Source of the DNA: Planctomycetota bacterium
GTDB taxonomy: Bacteria; Planctomycetota; Planctomycetia; JALXBF01
Reading direction: 5' to 3'
DNA: 55,891 nt
Assembly (NCBI GenBank): GCA_026991575.1
Contig: JALXBF010000104.1
Coordinates: forward strand, 1-55,891
Position 1 is the stretch's first letter. Each line of letters begins with the position of its first letter. This document shows positions 38,759-49,479 of the stretch, in pieces. The notes beneath the pieces were generated by a model. That model ran no database searches. It had not been told where the DNA came from and worked only from the letters and a program-made list of their open reading frames with translations. The position numbers were made by a program, and so were the translations under genes.

Positions 38759-39723
38759 CCCCTCTCTCGAAGCCCGCCGGTCTGCAGGGTGGGGCGGCCT
38801 GGCCGGAGGCGGGATCCAGCGGAGGGGTCGCAGCCGGCACGGTTTGGGGACGGCGTAGTGGGGGCGGCTGCAAACTTCCGGCGCCGCACACAAGCATCTG
38901 TACCTGGAGACGCCGTCGGCACACGGCCCGCGCTGTGTCCGGCCGTAAGGGAGCCGACGGGGCAAGAGCGCTGGCCCTTTGTGGCGGCCCGGCGCATCCC
39001 TCGGCGGGTTCACGTCGTCCCCAGGAGCTGCTCGTGGCCGCAGTCGCACGCGTAGCCTGCCTCGCGACAAGCTTCGCCGGGGGAAAGATGCTCGCCGAGC
39101 GTGTACACGAGGGCTTCTCAGAGGGGCCGTCCGCGTGAGCAGCCTGCGTCACCGGGCCCAGCAACCCGGGCGGGTTTCCCGCTGCGAGCCGGGTGATCCG
39201 TTCAACGCAATGCCGTGCAGACGCCGTAATCGTCTGAACGTCAGCCAGTTCCGAACCGAGAGCCTAGAACAGGGCCAGGCGTGACAAACCCTGACGTACC
39301 GGCTCCGCAGCCAACGGTGCGGACGGTGGCATTCCCACCACTGCGTTGTGCTACGGCTACCGCTTTGGGCCTGACGCATGAGCCCGGTTCCATGGGCCCA
39401 GAGCCTGAGCTTCGGAGGCAAACGCTTGCGTTTCCCCATGTGCCTGAGACCTACGTTGTTGTCGGGCACAGGCACGCCCGGCTCAGGCCCAAATGACCAA
39501 TCAGCCAACGCCTGTTGCCACGCATACGGTCGGCTGCGGCTCCGACCGGTGCTACGTGGCGCCGCACGCTGTTTGACGAGCCAATGATCTACTGGGATCT
39601 ACTGGCGAGCTGGGGGGTGGGCCGTTCAGTCACAGGTGGCGCTGTTGTCCGCCGGCGCAACAGGCAGCGGGACCAGCGATGCGCTGGCCCCGCGTGCCCT
39701 TGCAATCCCTGCTTTGGAGGCAC

Positions 39724-40569
39724 TCAGCTTCTACGTCGTCGGACGTAACCGGCAACACCAGCGCCCACCAAGCACCACAGCGCTAGCGAGCTTGGTTCGG
39801 GCGCAGCATTAATGGTGAACGTGGTCAAGTCACTGAAGTCATAGCCATTCGCGCCAGGGCTAAAAATCGTACCAAGCATGCTGACCTCGACGGAATGGGT
39901 TACGCCACCGAAATCCGTGATGCTAACAGGAATGTATATCACCCCTGGGCTGTTGCCGTACGAGCCCGACGCATCCATGACCGTAAAGCCACCTCTCTCG
40001 TTATTGGCGAAGGCGCCCAGGTCGACCTGGAAGAAGTCGTCTGGTTGCACAAGCCCCAGCGTCGCCTCATACTGGTAACCGCTCGAGAACCCGTTGCCGG
40101 CAGCGAACGTAGCGGGATCGACCACCGGCGAGACGGGGTTCGGCCCGGAGATCACTACAGCGATCTCATCTTGGCCGAGAGTACCAGTTCGCCCGTTCTG
40201 GGGATGAAGTGAAGGCGGAAGCAGATCAGTCAGGTCATGGCTGCCAGTGTCATTGTAGCCAAGCGTTGCAATCGTTCCTGAAATGGAAACGACCTTAGCT
40301 GAGAAGACAACTACAATGCGGTTGGCCTGCAGACCGTACCCGTTCGGGTCCGGGTTGACGCCAGAGATAGCAGCCCAACCGTAAACAACGTCGCCGACAC
40401 TGACACCGCCGCTGGCGTCTAGGTCGTCCAGGAGGGCGCGGCTCGTGTCGAGGAGCTGATCTTCAACGCCGTCTGCAACGACATACGTGTCCACCATGCC
40501 GGCCTTCGATGCGGTTGCGGCCCAGCCGAGAACCATGAGGATACCAGTTGCTAGGAAGAATCGTCGCAT
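39724..40569 (-). CDS. PEP-CTERM sorting-domain surface protein B (paralog of A)
   Basis: MRRFFLATGILMVLGWAATASKA signal. APEPSSLALWCLVGAGVAGYVRRRRS. Colinear with A. Confidence 0.93.
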   Translation of the reverse strand: MRRFFLATGILMVLGWAATASKAGMVDTYVVADGVEDQLLDTSRALLDDLDASGGVSVGDVVYGWAAISGVNPDPNGYGLQANRIVVVFSAKVVSISGTIATLGYNDTGSHDLTDLLPPSLHPQNGRTGTLGQDEIAVVISGPNPVSPVVDPATFAAGNGFSSGYQYEATLGLVQPDDFFQVDLGAFANNERGGFTVMDASGSYGNSPGVIYIPVSITDFGGVTHSVEVSMLGTIFSPGANGYDFSDLTTFTINAAPEPSSLALWCLVGAGVAGYVRRRRS

Positions 40570-40692
40570 CGGAAAACCCTCGCTTACCAAGTTACCAAGT
40601 GTCGTGAGACCAGGTGCCAGCAAGCGCTGGTCCGAACGTGCCACTGCTCGAACACAACTCGTGGGAGATGTCGGTCACGCGGCAGGTATTCG

Positions 40693-41118
40693 TCAGGGTG
40701 GGGGGCTGGGCGGAGCAGATCCAACTCGCTTGCGCGTTACTTGTGTGGGGGACAAGGCACGTGAGTTGGAGTCGCTTGCGATCGCGTCCGCAGGGTCTAC
40801 TAGAACCTCCGTGTTGTGCGCCCGTGCGTGATCATGCCGAACAGTCGGGATGAGGAGATCTGAGCAGAGTGTCTTGTCGGCATCGACGGGTAGGGGAACC
40901 AGGCAAACAAGGGACGATGTCTGGAAACCGACGGCGTGGATGGGAGCTGGAGCGCGTAAGTAAACGCTGGGAGAAATGTTGGGGCTGACGATGCCGGCAA
41001 CCGCCCAGTCGCTTGTTCGGCTCAGGAGGAGCACCACTGCAACACGCCATGCCAGGCCAGGGCTCAGCAACCTCAGCGTGGCAGGACCTGCTTCTTGTGG
41101 CTTACGCAAAGGGCGCAT
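40693..41118 (-). CDS. Small leader-like ORF with hydrophobic N-region and C-terminal PPSPPP
   Basis: LAWRVAVVLLLS..WAVAG signal-like segment. Same position relative to PEP-CTERM B as ORF 38344..38709 has to A. Confidence 0.5.
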   Translation of the reverse strand: MRPLRKPQEAGPATLRLLSPGLAWRVAVVLLLSRTSDWAVAGIVSPNISPSVYLRAPAPIHAVGFQTSSLVCLVPLPVDADKTLCSDLLIPTVRHDHARAHNTEVLVDPADAIASDSNSRALSPTQVTRKRVGSAPPSPPP

Positions 41119-41639
41119 GGGTCACCGGGCGTCTATAGGCGATCAGTTCAAAGCGGTGCCGGCAACACTTCCGACACGCTCCTTTCGATACTTGCACCGT
41201 CACTGTCACAGATGGCCATGGGGTACTGTTGTGACCGGGAGCCGTGAGCTGCATGCAGCTGGAGGGAATGGCTTTGCGGATTTTGGCGGTCGCGCGGCTA
41301 TGGAGTGTGGTTTCCAACGCTCATGCCCGGGGAGTTGCTCGGCTGCCCGGTGAGTGCTGCACCGCGCCCGCTGGGGCGGCACGGGCGGTTGACGTTGATG
41401 CCGCAGGCAGAACCACGGAGGAGCGGGTCGGGATTGGGGGGCACCGGTTTGGCGATGACGGTGCATGTTCTGCGTGACGGAGGCGAATCGGGCATACCTG
41501 CCCGAACCAGGCAGCCAGATACGGATCGGAGGCCGGTGGAACAGGCACTACCGTGGGGCATTCTGAGTCGCAGTGTTTCGTGCCGCTTTGGACAAGCTGT
41601 CAGAGTCGGAGCAGCAGGTTCCTTCTGTCGGCCCAAGCG

Positions 41640-41870
41640 CGTTACTCGGCGCAGCATGCCGGCTACCGTGGAGGCCTCGCGGAGCGAGGGACCCGGGAAG
41701 GTGAAGGGCATTGAGTCGGAGGAGGCTGTGCGGTGGAACTGGAACCTGTCGTGATTTCTCGACCGGTTGGGCGGGGGTGGTCCGTGGATGCGTTGGTGGC
41801 AGGTTTGGGGAGGGATAAAGGTGAGCTGACTGGCGAGGTGCTCCGGGTCCGTGCACGATCGGGCCATGGG
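41640..41870 (+). mobile_element. Possible IS1182/IS5-like transposase N-terminal relic
   Basis: GIESEEAVRWNWNLS*FLDRLG and LVAGLGRD..GE.LRVRAR resemble, from memory, planctomycete transposase segments. Confidence 0.35.
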
Positions 41871-42354
41871 CACGGCGCAATCGAGCTTGCAGCACGCCAG
41901 CACGGTGCCCCCGGGAGATTAGCGAGGTGGTACCGCTTTGCGGACCGAGAGGGAGCATTGGGCGCCATCTTCGGCGTCACGGAACGCCAGCGGTCTGCCC
42001 TCGTGAGCAAACCAGCGGCTCGCGCAAGGGGGTTGCCACGCGGATGGGGTGGCAGATTCACCCGGCGGCGGCGCGCGGTGGTGACCTGCGGGGGCACTGC
42101 CGTGGGCCCGGCGGCGCGGCCCCGTGCACCCGCCCGCGCGGGGGGTTGGGAATCCATCTGCGATAGCGAGAACGGAACGATTCCCACCCGGGACCCAGCC
42201 GAGGAGAATTGCCTGGCGGTCTCGCCGAGTTGCCTTGATGGGCGGGCAGGGGGCTAGGCACTGACCAAGTCCGGCTGGGGGCATGGGCTTTATGCCCCCT
42301 TCCCGGAGAGCTGACGGGTCGCCCCGGCCGCAGTTAAAGGAAGTCCCAGCCCGA

Positions 42355-42391
42355 CCGAGCCGCGGGCGGGTCGACCCCGCCCGCGGCTCGG
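42355..42391. repeat. REP-like GC palindrome, copy 2 (perfect 16-bp stem)
   Basis: CCGAGCCGCGGGCGGG-TCGAC-CCCGCCCGCGGCTCGG. Confidence 0.7.
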
Positions 42392-42782
42392 GTACTGCGA
42401 CTCCCTCGGGCCGGCGGCGTGCAGATCTCCGCTCCAGGTATCCACTGTATCCCGATGTATTCCGACCGGTGAGCGACGCTGGTGCTACTGGACTGCTACC
42501 GGCGGCACCGAGGGGCCGTCGCGGTCGGATCGGGGCGGAGCACCGGGCTGCTGTCCTGGGGGCCAACGACGTGCGTCGGCCCCGGTGGCGGCAAGCACCC
42601 TCGGCCGATACACGGGGTAGCATCGTGATCGCCACGGAGTTGAGGCAGGTGTCACTATTGGCAACAGAGGCGCCGCGAGAAGGAACAGTTCTCAGCAGCG
42701 ATTCGCCAAGCTGTGTTTCCAAAGACCGCGTAGACCGGCAGCCAAACCGTGGGATCCAGCCGTCTTGCGGCGGGACAACGAT

Positions 42783-42799
42783 TTGGCACGCTAGTTGCA
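42783..42799 (+). promoter_or_regulatory. sigma54 (-24/-12) promoter
   Basis: TTGGCACG-CTAG-TTGCA, an exact match to YTGGCACGNNNNTTGCW, in intergenic DNA. Confidence 0.75.
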
Positions 42800-44285
42800 A
42801 AGCCCAGGACGTCTGACAAGGTGCTGGGCTGGCTCTCAGGGAGACGGCCCAGCCCGGCCGGGAGCTTGGCTGGTCGTTGTCACGGAAGGGACATGGCGGA
42901 CACTACCGCTCGTGAACATCACGTTCGCACGGAAGAGGGCTTGAAACCAGTCGCACCGGCTGGTAAACTGGCTGCTTGCGGAGATCTGGGTGAAACGGGC
43001 TAACGGGGTGGTGTCCTGCTGTTCTTCGGTCTGTCACGGATGGGGGATTGATACAGACTCCGCGCTGGAGGAAAGCGCGCCACCGGACCGCAACCGCGGC
43101 AAGCGCCACACTCGGAACGCGTGAAGGAGTGCCGCTTGCAGCGGTCGGGTCGCGGGTGCGTGGTGACGACGAATTGGGAGGTTTGGAGTAGAAGCAAAGA
43201 TGTGGTAGCCTAGAGAAACTGACTGATCCCGTAGGGTAGCGCTGTCCGGTTGACGCCGTAGGCCCTCGACACCGGGCAGCGGCCGGGGCCTTCCCTCTTC
43301 AGGGAAATGACAACGGAGCCAAAGGGGGATGTCGGGCGGGTTGGACGACAGCCTGCCACCACACGTTCGGAGAACTCGATCGAAAAACACCCCGAACCAG
43401 GTATGCCCCACATTGTGTTCGTGCGAGCGTGGGGTCCGACGCCAGAGGACGTCGTGTAAACCTGTCAACCACGGATGCGCGGGATGACGCTCGCGGCCTG
43501 ATGGCCGCTTGAGCGCCCCGTGATCGGCACAGGACGCGGGGCTCCGAGTGTATTCGAACGCCCCGCAGTCCGTGTGCCAACAAGCGGCACGGGCGGAACG
43601 GTCCGGTGAAGGAATCACCGCGTGAGGCGTTCGACCGTTCGGCCTGCTCGGGCTTCGCCCTAGCACCTTGCGGTGGCTTACTGCGCTGCCGGCCAGCGCC
43701 ACCGACGAGGGTTTGGTCTGCAGTGCACTGGCGAGCCAGGTAACCGTTACTCGCGCCACATCAAGCAACACGATAGGTGCACGTTCGGCAACCAAACTGC
43801 GTCTGAGCGCCGGTAGCTCTGGCCCGGCTCGACGGAGATCGATTGCGTTTGGCCGATCGCCGCTGATCGACAGGCCAAGGCAGGCTCAGCAGACGGAGCT
43901 TCATTGCCAAAACGGAACGGACTGACGAAACGGTTAACCCCTCCTGCACATTTCAGCACACCCGGCGTAACGTCCCGCTGCTGTCATCAGCGTCGTATGC
44001 CGATGAGCCAGGCCCGAAACATGTTCCCTCCCTGTCTCCGCTTGCGGTACGCTGCGTGGGCAGGGCCGACAAACAATCCCCCTGTAGCCGCGGTGCTATT
44101 GAACCAACCCTTCGGATAGGGAGGCACAAACCCCCCCAATCGCCCATCCAAGCATGCCTGTGGACCCACCCCGTCGGACCTCCGAGCTCTATCGCTCATT
44201 CTTCCAGTGCTTGCATGCCCAAGACGCCGGCACAGGTAGCTAGCGACGTGTCGGGCCGCGCAAGAAGCGAACTGAACGGACCGGT

Positions 44286-45440
44286 GTGTTAGAGCGACGC
44301 ATACGCATCGCGCTGGTGACTTACTCCTTTGATTGCGGCGGCATCGAACGGTCGATCGCTTACCTGGCCAGCTACCTGCCCATCGAGCGGTTTGAACCCA
44401 TTATCGTGAGCCTCACGAGCAACGGCCCGGCTGCCCGCTGGCTTACGCGAGCGGTCCCCGTGCTGGAGCTCCACAAACCGCCGCGGAACGATGCCAGAAT
44501 TGTGGCCAGGCTGTCGCGCGTGCTTGCTCAGCACCGAGCCCACATCGTGCATTCCCACAATTGGGGCACGTTGGTTGAGACCGCGGTGGCTCGGCGCCTC
44601 TCCGGCACGCCCGTGCACGTGCACTCCGAACGTGGCACGGTCTTGGGCACGCTCGATCGATCGAGCTACCGTGCTCGGGCGCGCGCGATCGCGATGCGTG
44701 CCGTCTTGGCTCAGGTCGACGCTGTCGTCTCCAACGCGGCAGCGACAGCTGCCCGTGTTCATCGTGCCTGTGGATACCCGATACGCAAGATCCACATCAT
44801 CCCGAACGGGCTTCCCTGCCCGCTTGCGGCATCGAATGGCACGCGAGAACAGCTGCGCCGGCGTGTCCGCCAGCAGCTCCGGATCGCGCCAGACACGTTC
44901 GTGGTGGGGACCGTGGCCCGGCTGGATCCGGTGAAGCACCTCACCATGCTGATCGAAGCGGTCGCACGTGTTCGAGACCGCGAGCCGCGAGTCGAAGCCG
45001 TGATCGTCGGTGACGGACCCGAACGGGATCGGCTGGAACGAACCGCGCAGAACCTGGCTATTGCCGACCGGGTCCATTTCGTCGGTTACCAGGCCGACAC
45101 AGGACCATATTACGCTGCGATGGATGCGTACGCGAACACGAGCCTGAGCGAAGGCATGAGTCAGGCAATCGTCGAGGCGATGTCGGTGGGACTGCCGATC
45201 GTTGCAACCCCGGCTGGCGATACGCCACGGCTTATTGGCGGTTCACCGCCCTGCGGACTGCTTGTGCCACACGGTGATGTCGATCAGCTCGCGGACGCTC
45301 TGCGCCAGCTGGCGACCCGGCCGGAATGGCGCCGCCGACTTGGCGACGCGGCTGTCGCACGGTACCGCTCCGCTCACGACCTGCGGACGATGATCCAACG
45401 ATATGTCGAACTGTACGAACGGCTGGTGGCATCGAACTGA
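44286..45440 (+). CDS. GT4-family glycosyltransferase
   Basis: GGIER, IVHSHN, IIPNG, GTVARLDPVK, VGDGP and SLSEGMSQAIVEAM motifs. Confidence 0.93.
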   Translation: MLERRIRIALVTYSFDCGGIERSIAYLASYLPIERFEPIIVSLTSNGPAARWLTRAVPVLELHKPPRNDARIVARLSRVLAQHRAHIVHSHNWGTLVETAVARRLSGTPVHVHSERGTVLGTLDRSSYRARARAIAMRAVLAQVDAVVSNAAATAARVHRACGYPIRKIHIIPNGLPCPLAASNGTREQLRRRVRQQLRIAPDTFVVGTVARLDPVKHLTMLIEAVARVRDREPRVEAVIVGDGPERDRLERTAQNLAIADRVHFVGYQADTGPYYAAMDAYANTSLSEGMSQAIVEAMSVGLPIVATPAGDTPRLIGGSPPCGLLVPHGDVDQLADALRQLATRPEWRRRLGDAAVARYRSAHDLRTMIQRYVELYERLVASN

Positions 45441-45466
45441 GTCGCACCTCTGACGGGAACCGTTCG

Positions 45467-46783
45467 ATGAAGATCGCCGTCTTTGGCACTGGCTATGTCG
45501 GTTGCGTGACGGCTGCGTGTCTGGCACGCGATGGCCATCAGGTTATCGGTGTTGATATCGACACGTTCAAGGTGGCGCAGATCAACAGTGGCGAAAGCCC
45601 GGTCGAAGAGCCCGGTCTTGGGAAACTCATCGAACAGGCCGTCGCAGCCGGGAGACTGAAGGCTACCACAAACGCTCGCGAAGCGGTCGCGGCCACCGAG
45701 CTTGCACTCGTCACCGTGGGCACCCCCTCGAACGGTGACGGATCAGTTTCCACTCAGGCCGTGCTGCGGGTGACCGAATCCATCGGTGAGGCCCTCCGCG
45801 ACCTGCAGAAACCGTACGGCGTCGTGATCCGCTCGACGCTGCTTCCCGGTGTCCTCGAGGAGCAAGTCATCCCCCGGCTGATGGCAACCATCGAACCGGG
45901 CTTCCCCGGTGAGGAATACCCCGAGACCGTCTGGGTGGCTAACAATCCCGAGTTCCTGCGCGAGACGACGGCCATCCGGGACTACGACGAGCCCCCGTTC
46001 ATCCTGGTCGGTGCCGACGAACCGTGGCAGGCAGAGACCGTGTTCCGCCTGTATGAACGGGTCAAGGCTCCACGGTTCGCCACGGACACACGCACAGCAG
46101 CACTGGTCAAGTACGCGTGCAACGCGTTCCATGCCGTCAAGGTGGCGTTTGCCAATGAAATCGGCGCGTTGGCCCGCGAGCTGGGCGCGGACGGCCACGT
46201 GGTCATGGATTTGCTGTGTCGCGATACGAAGCTGAACATCTCCCCGGCCTATCTCCGCCCCGGATTCGCCTTCGGTGGCTCGTGCTTGCCTAAGGACCTG
46301 CGTGCACTGGTCCGTTGCGCCGAGCTGCACGCCGTCCGGCTGCCGATGCTGTCAGCCGTGCTGCCTTCGAATGAGGAGCATCTGGAGCGAGCGGTCCGGC
46401 TGATCCGCGAACGGGGCGTTCGACGGATCGGCATGGCCGGATTGAGCTTCAAGGCTGGTACGGACGACCTCCGCGAGAGTCCTCAGGTGACCCTTGCCGA
46501 GATCCTTGTGGGCAAGGGTTACGACCTGCGCATCTGGGATCCACACGTCCAGGTGACGCGGCTTCGAGGCCAGAACCGGGCCTACATCGACCGGCACCTT
46601 CCTCACCTGGCCGCCCTGCTAGTCGAGACGCCGGAGCAGCTGCTGGAGCACGCCGAGCTGCTGGTGCTGGCTACGGGCGTGGCCGATCAACTGGACCTGG
46701 ACGGATTTCACGGGCCTGTGCTTGACCTGCGAGTCGACCTCTGTCGCCCGCCACGCCGCGCGGCAGCTGGTTCGCCGGTGTAG
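45467..46783 (+). CDS. UDP-glucose/GDP-mannose dehydrogenase family protein
   Basis: MKIAVFGTGYVG, VGTPS, NPEFLRE, FGGSCLPKD and FKAGTDDLRESP motifs. Confidence 0.95.
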   Translation: MKIAVFGTGYVGCVTAACLARDGHQVIGVDIDTFKVAQINSGESPVEEPGLGKLIEQAVAAGRLKATTNAREAVAATELALVTVGTPSNGDGSVSTQAVLRVTESIGEALRDLQKPYGVVIRSTLLPGVLEEQVIPRLMATIEPGFPGEEYPETVWVANNPEFLRETTAIRDYDEPPFILVGADEPWQAETVFRLYERVKAPRFATDTRTAALVKYACNAFHAVKVAFANEIGALARELGADGHVVMDLLCRDTKLNISPAYLRPGFAFGGSCLPKDLRALVRCAELHAVRLPMLSAVLPSNEEHLERAVRLIRERGVRRIGMAGLSFKAGTDDLRESPQVTLAEILVGKGYDLRIWDPHVQVTRLRGQNRAYIDRHLPHLAALLVETPEQLLEHAELLVLATGVADQLDLDGFHGPVLDLRVDLCRPPRRAAAGSPV

Positions 46784-46786
46784 TCA

Positions 46787-49342
46787 GTGCCCCACGATCT
46801 CGCCTCACCCGTCATGGTTTCCCTGCCCAAGTTGGCTCGGCTGTCAGTTGCCGAAGCGCGCGCTCGGCTGGAAGAAAAGCTTTCCACCGCGCGCGAGCGG
46901 CTCCGGCCGTGCCGCGACGGGGTTCGCTTCGATCCCGACCGCTTCCGCCGAAACCTCCGGCGGTTGCTACCAGGAGCGAACCCGGGGGCGATCCGTGCCC
47001 TGGAGCAGCAACATTCCGATTTCGTCGCTCGCATCGCGGACCGAGTCCGCACGCGGGTCGATCAGATCGAAAGCAACCGACTTCACCTGCTGTGGCATCC
47101 GGCAGACCTTACGCCCCCCGTTGACTGGCACCGCGACCCGAAGGTGCCATCATTCCGCTGGCCCGCCGATCGCTTCTACGCGGACATCGACTATCACGCT
47201 GCGGACGTTCCCGATGTGAAGTTCGTCTGGGAGCTGAACCGGCACCAGTTCTTCGCTGATCTCGGAGCGGACTGGTTGATCCGGCAGCGTGCCGCATCCG
47301 CAGACCGGCTGCGGCAGTACCTGCTGAGCTGGATCGATCAGAACCCGCCTTATCACGGAGTCAACTGGACCAGTGCCCTGGAAGTAGCCGTCAGAGCCAT
47401 CAGCTGGCTGTGGTCGCTAGCCCAGACGGCCGACTGGTCTGGATGGACGGAAGGCGACCTTACACGCATCGCCCACTGCCTGACAGACCACGCTCGGTAC
47501 CTCGTCCGGCACCTGTCGCTGTATTCCAGCCCGTACAACCATCTGATGGGCGAGGCGGCCGGGCTGTACTGGATCGGGCAGGGACTCCGAGGGCTGGTGC
47601 CCGAGGCCAAACGCTGGCGCGAACGCGCTGCATGGGTTTTCAGACGCTATGCGAACGATCAGTTCGGACCGGATGGGTTTACTGTCGAACAGGCTACCGG
47701 ATACCACTTCTTCACGCTTGGATTCCTGGTGCTGGTGCAGCAAACCGCGGAGCGACTGGCCGACGGACGGCTTGCCGAACTGCTGAGGCCGGTGGTCCAT
47801 CGAGCCTTCCGAGCTGGCGCGGCCTTCGCTGGCCCGGACGGCCGCTGGCCGGCGATCGGAGACATCGACCTCGCACGGTCCTTGCCTGTCATTCACCCGA
47901 ACCTAGACGAATTCTGGGACTTCCGCTCGTTGTGCAACCTCGGGGCGGTCTTGTTCGAGGATCCGGAAATCTACTTCCCGGAGGCTGGGCCGTCGGAGGA
48001 AGCCTACTGGTTGCTGGGGCCGAAATCGGTCGAAGCCTACAGGAGACTCGAGGCCAGAGCAGTCCCAGTCGCTAAGGCCTCACCGCTGAGGCCAATCGGG
48101 CTGTGTTCTCCCGTGATCTGGTCGCGAGGCGACAGCACAAAGCCGGGTCGGAAAGCCCGGGTTGGGTATGCACACTACGGTGGAAGGTTTCTGCTGGATT
48201 GCGCTCCGATCGCCGGAGGGCTCTTTCCGGACGACACACCATCGGCCGCTCACGGTCACCTGGACCTGCTTCAGGTTCTCGTGTGGCTGGATGGAAAGCC
48301 GGTGGTCGTCGATACCGGGATGACCAGCTACCGTCGTGAGCACCCGCTGTTTCGTTACCAGCGTTCGGCGGCCGGCCACAACACCATTGAGGTCGTGGGC
48401 TGCCCGTGGGCGGAATACGCTGGCGGGCTGGCGTGGCGGCGAGCCATCCAGCCGGATCGACTGGATCTGAGGTATCTGTTCAGCGAGGAGTTGGGCGTGG
48501 CAACCGCCGAGATACGCCTTCCCGGCGGTGGGCGGCTGCGCCGCACGGTCGCATCGTTTGCCTCCGACGGCATCTGGGTCGTGGATGAGCTTCGCACGGG
48601 CCCGAAACTCAGTACGGTCGATCGTCCCGATCGGCCGTCAAACCGGTTCCAGCACCTGTATTCGTCCCGGCGGGAACGCCCAAAGACACCGCCGGCTCGC
48701 AGCACACAGCGGGCAAGTACCGAGTTCGCGTCGCGACGACCGTGCGACCCACGCGAGCTACGCTGGTACTGGCACCCGGCGGAGACCGTGGACAGCTTTG
48801 ACGGGGACCCGTCGGCCGTGTTGGCCGCCAACCGCAATGCCGGCAGTAACCGCCGCAACGGCAACCTGATTTCGCCTTCCATGATGCCGCGCGTCCTGCG
48901 TGCTCGTTGGGGCGGCGTCATGTGCCGTGTCTGGATGGGGGGCTGGGACCAGGTTCGCACTGAGCATTGCCTCGCCAAGGACGACGAGTCCGATCCCGCA
49001 GGCTGGAGGTCGCTCGGCTACGGTCATCAGCAACCCGGGTCGCAGATTTCGATCGCCGCACGGCCGACGTCTCGGCACGCCGTCGCCGTCACGTGGTTCG
49101 GGCTGAACGAACCGCGGGCGGCCCTGCGTATCGGTCCGTACGAGTTCGACCTTGGCCTGCGGGTACCAGCAGTGGAACGATTCGGGATCCACAGTCCTGG
49201 CGAGGAGATGACCTGGTTCCTGCCGGACGGCGCGCAGTGGGTGGTGGCACTCGCAGTCGGCAACATAGCCGCGTGTTCTGAGCGGGCCGTTGCGGTCGAG
49301 GGCGTCGGCGAACTCACCGTGCTGCGCTGGAGCGTCCCGTAA
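46787..49342 (+). CDS. Heparinase II/III-family protein (EPS-locus associated)
   Basis: DVKFVWELNRHQ, WIDQNPP..GVNWTSALEVAVR, NHLMGE, EQATGYH, HGHLD and SAAGHNT motifs. Confidence 0.9.
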   Translation: MPHDLASPVMVSLPKLARLSVAEARARLEEKLSTARERLRPCRDGVRFDPDRFRRNLRRLLPGANPGAIRALEQQHSDFVARIADRVRTRVDQIESNRLHLLWHPADLTPPVDWHRDPKVPSFRWPADRFYADIDYHAADVPDVKFVWELNRHQFFADLGADWLIRQRAASADRLRQYLLSWIDQNPPYHGVNWTSALEVAVRAISWLWSLAQTADWSGWTEGDLTRIAHCLTDHARYLVRHLSLYSSPYNHLMGEAAGLYWIGQGLRGLVPEAKRWRERAAWVFRRYANDQFGPDGFTVEQATGYHFFTLGFLVLVQQTAERLADGRLAELLRPVVHRAFRAGAAFAGPDGRWPAIGDIDLARSLPVIHPNLDEFWDFRSLCNLGAVLFEDPEIYFPEAGPSEEAYWLLGPKSVEAYRRLEARAVPVAKASPLRPIGLCSPVIWSRGDSTKPGRKARVGYAHYGGRFLLDCAPIAGGLFPDDTPSAAHGHLDLLQVLVWLDGKPVVVDTGMTSYRREHPLFRYQRSAAGHNTIEVVGCPWAEYAGGLAWRRAIQPDRLDLRYLFSEELGVATAEIRLPGGGRLRRTVASFASDGIWVVDELRTGPKLSTVDRPDRPSNRFQHLYSSRRERPKTPPARSTQRASTEFASRRPCDPRELRWYWHPAETVDSFDGDPSAVLAANRNAGSNRRNGNLISPSMMPRVLRARWGGVMCRVWMGGWDQVRTEHCLAKDDESDPAGWRSLGYGHQQPGSQISIAARPTSRHAVAVTWFGLNEPRAALRIGPYEFDLGLRVPAVERFGIHSPGEEMTWFLPDGAQWVVALAVGNIAACSERAVAVEGVGELTVLRWSVP

Positions 49343-49479
49343 ACGTCCACATCAGCGCATCCGTAGTGCGGGTCGATCCGATCGGCTTGATCGGGGCCAG
49401 ATTCCGTCCGGTTGCCAGACCTACCGCTAACACGAAACCAATACTCCTCAATAGCCAAACGCCCCCACCGACGTACCCG

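Noticed and set aside
37407..40569. PEP-CTERM paralog pair as a DGR template/variable repeat
   Set aside because: Both are intact genes, the differences are not adenine-specific and no RT is present.
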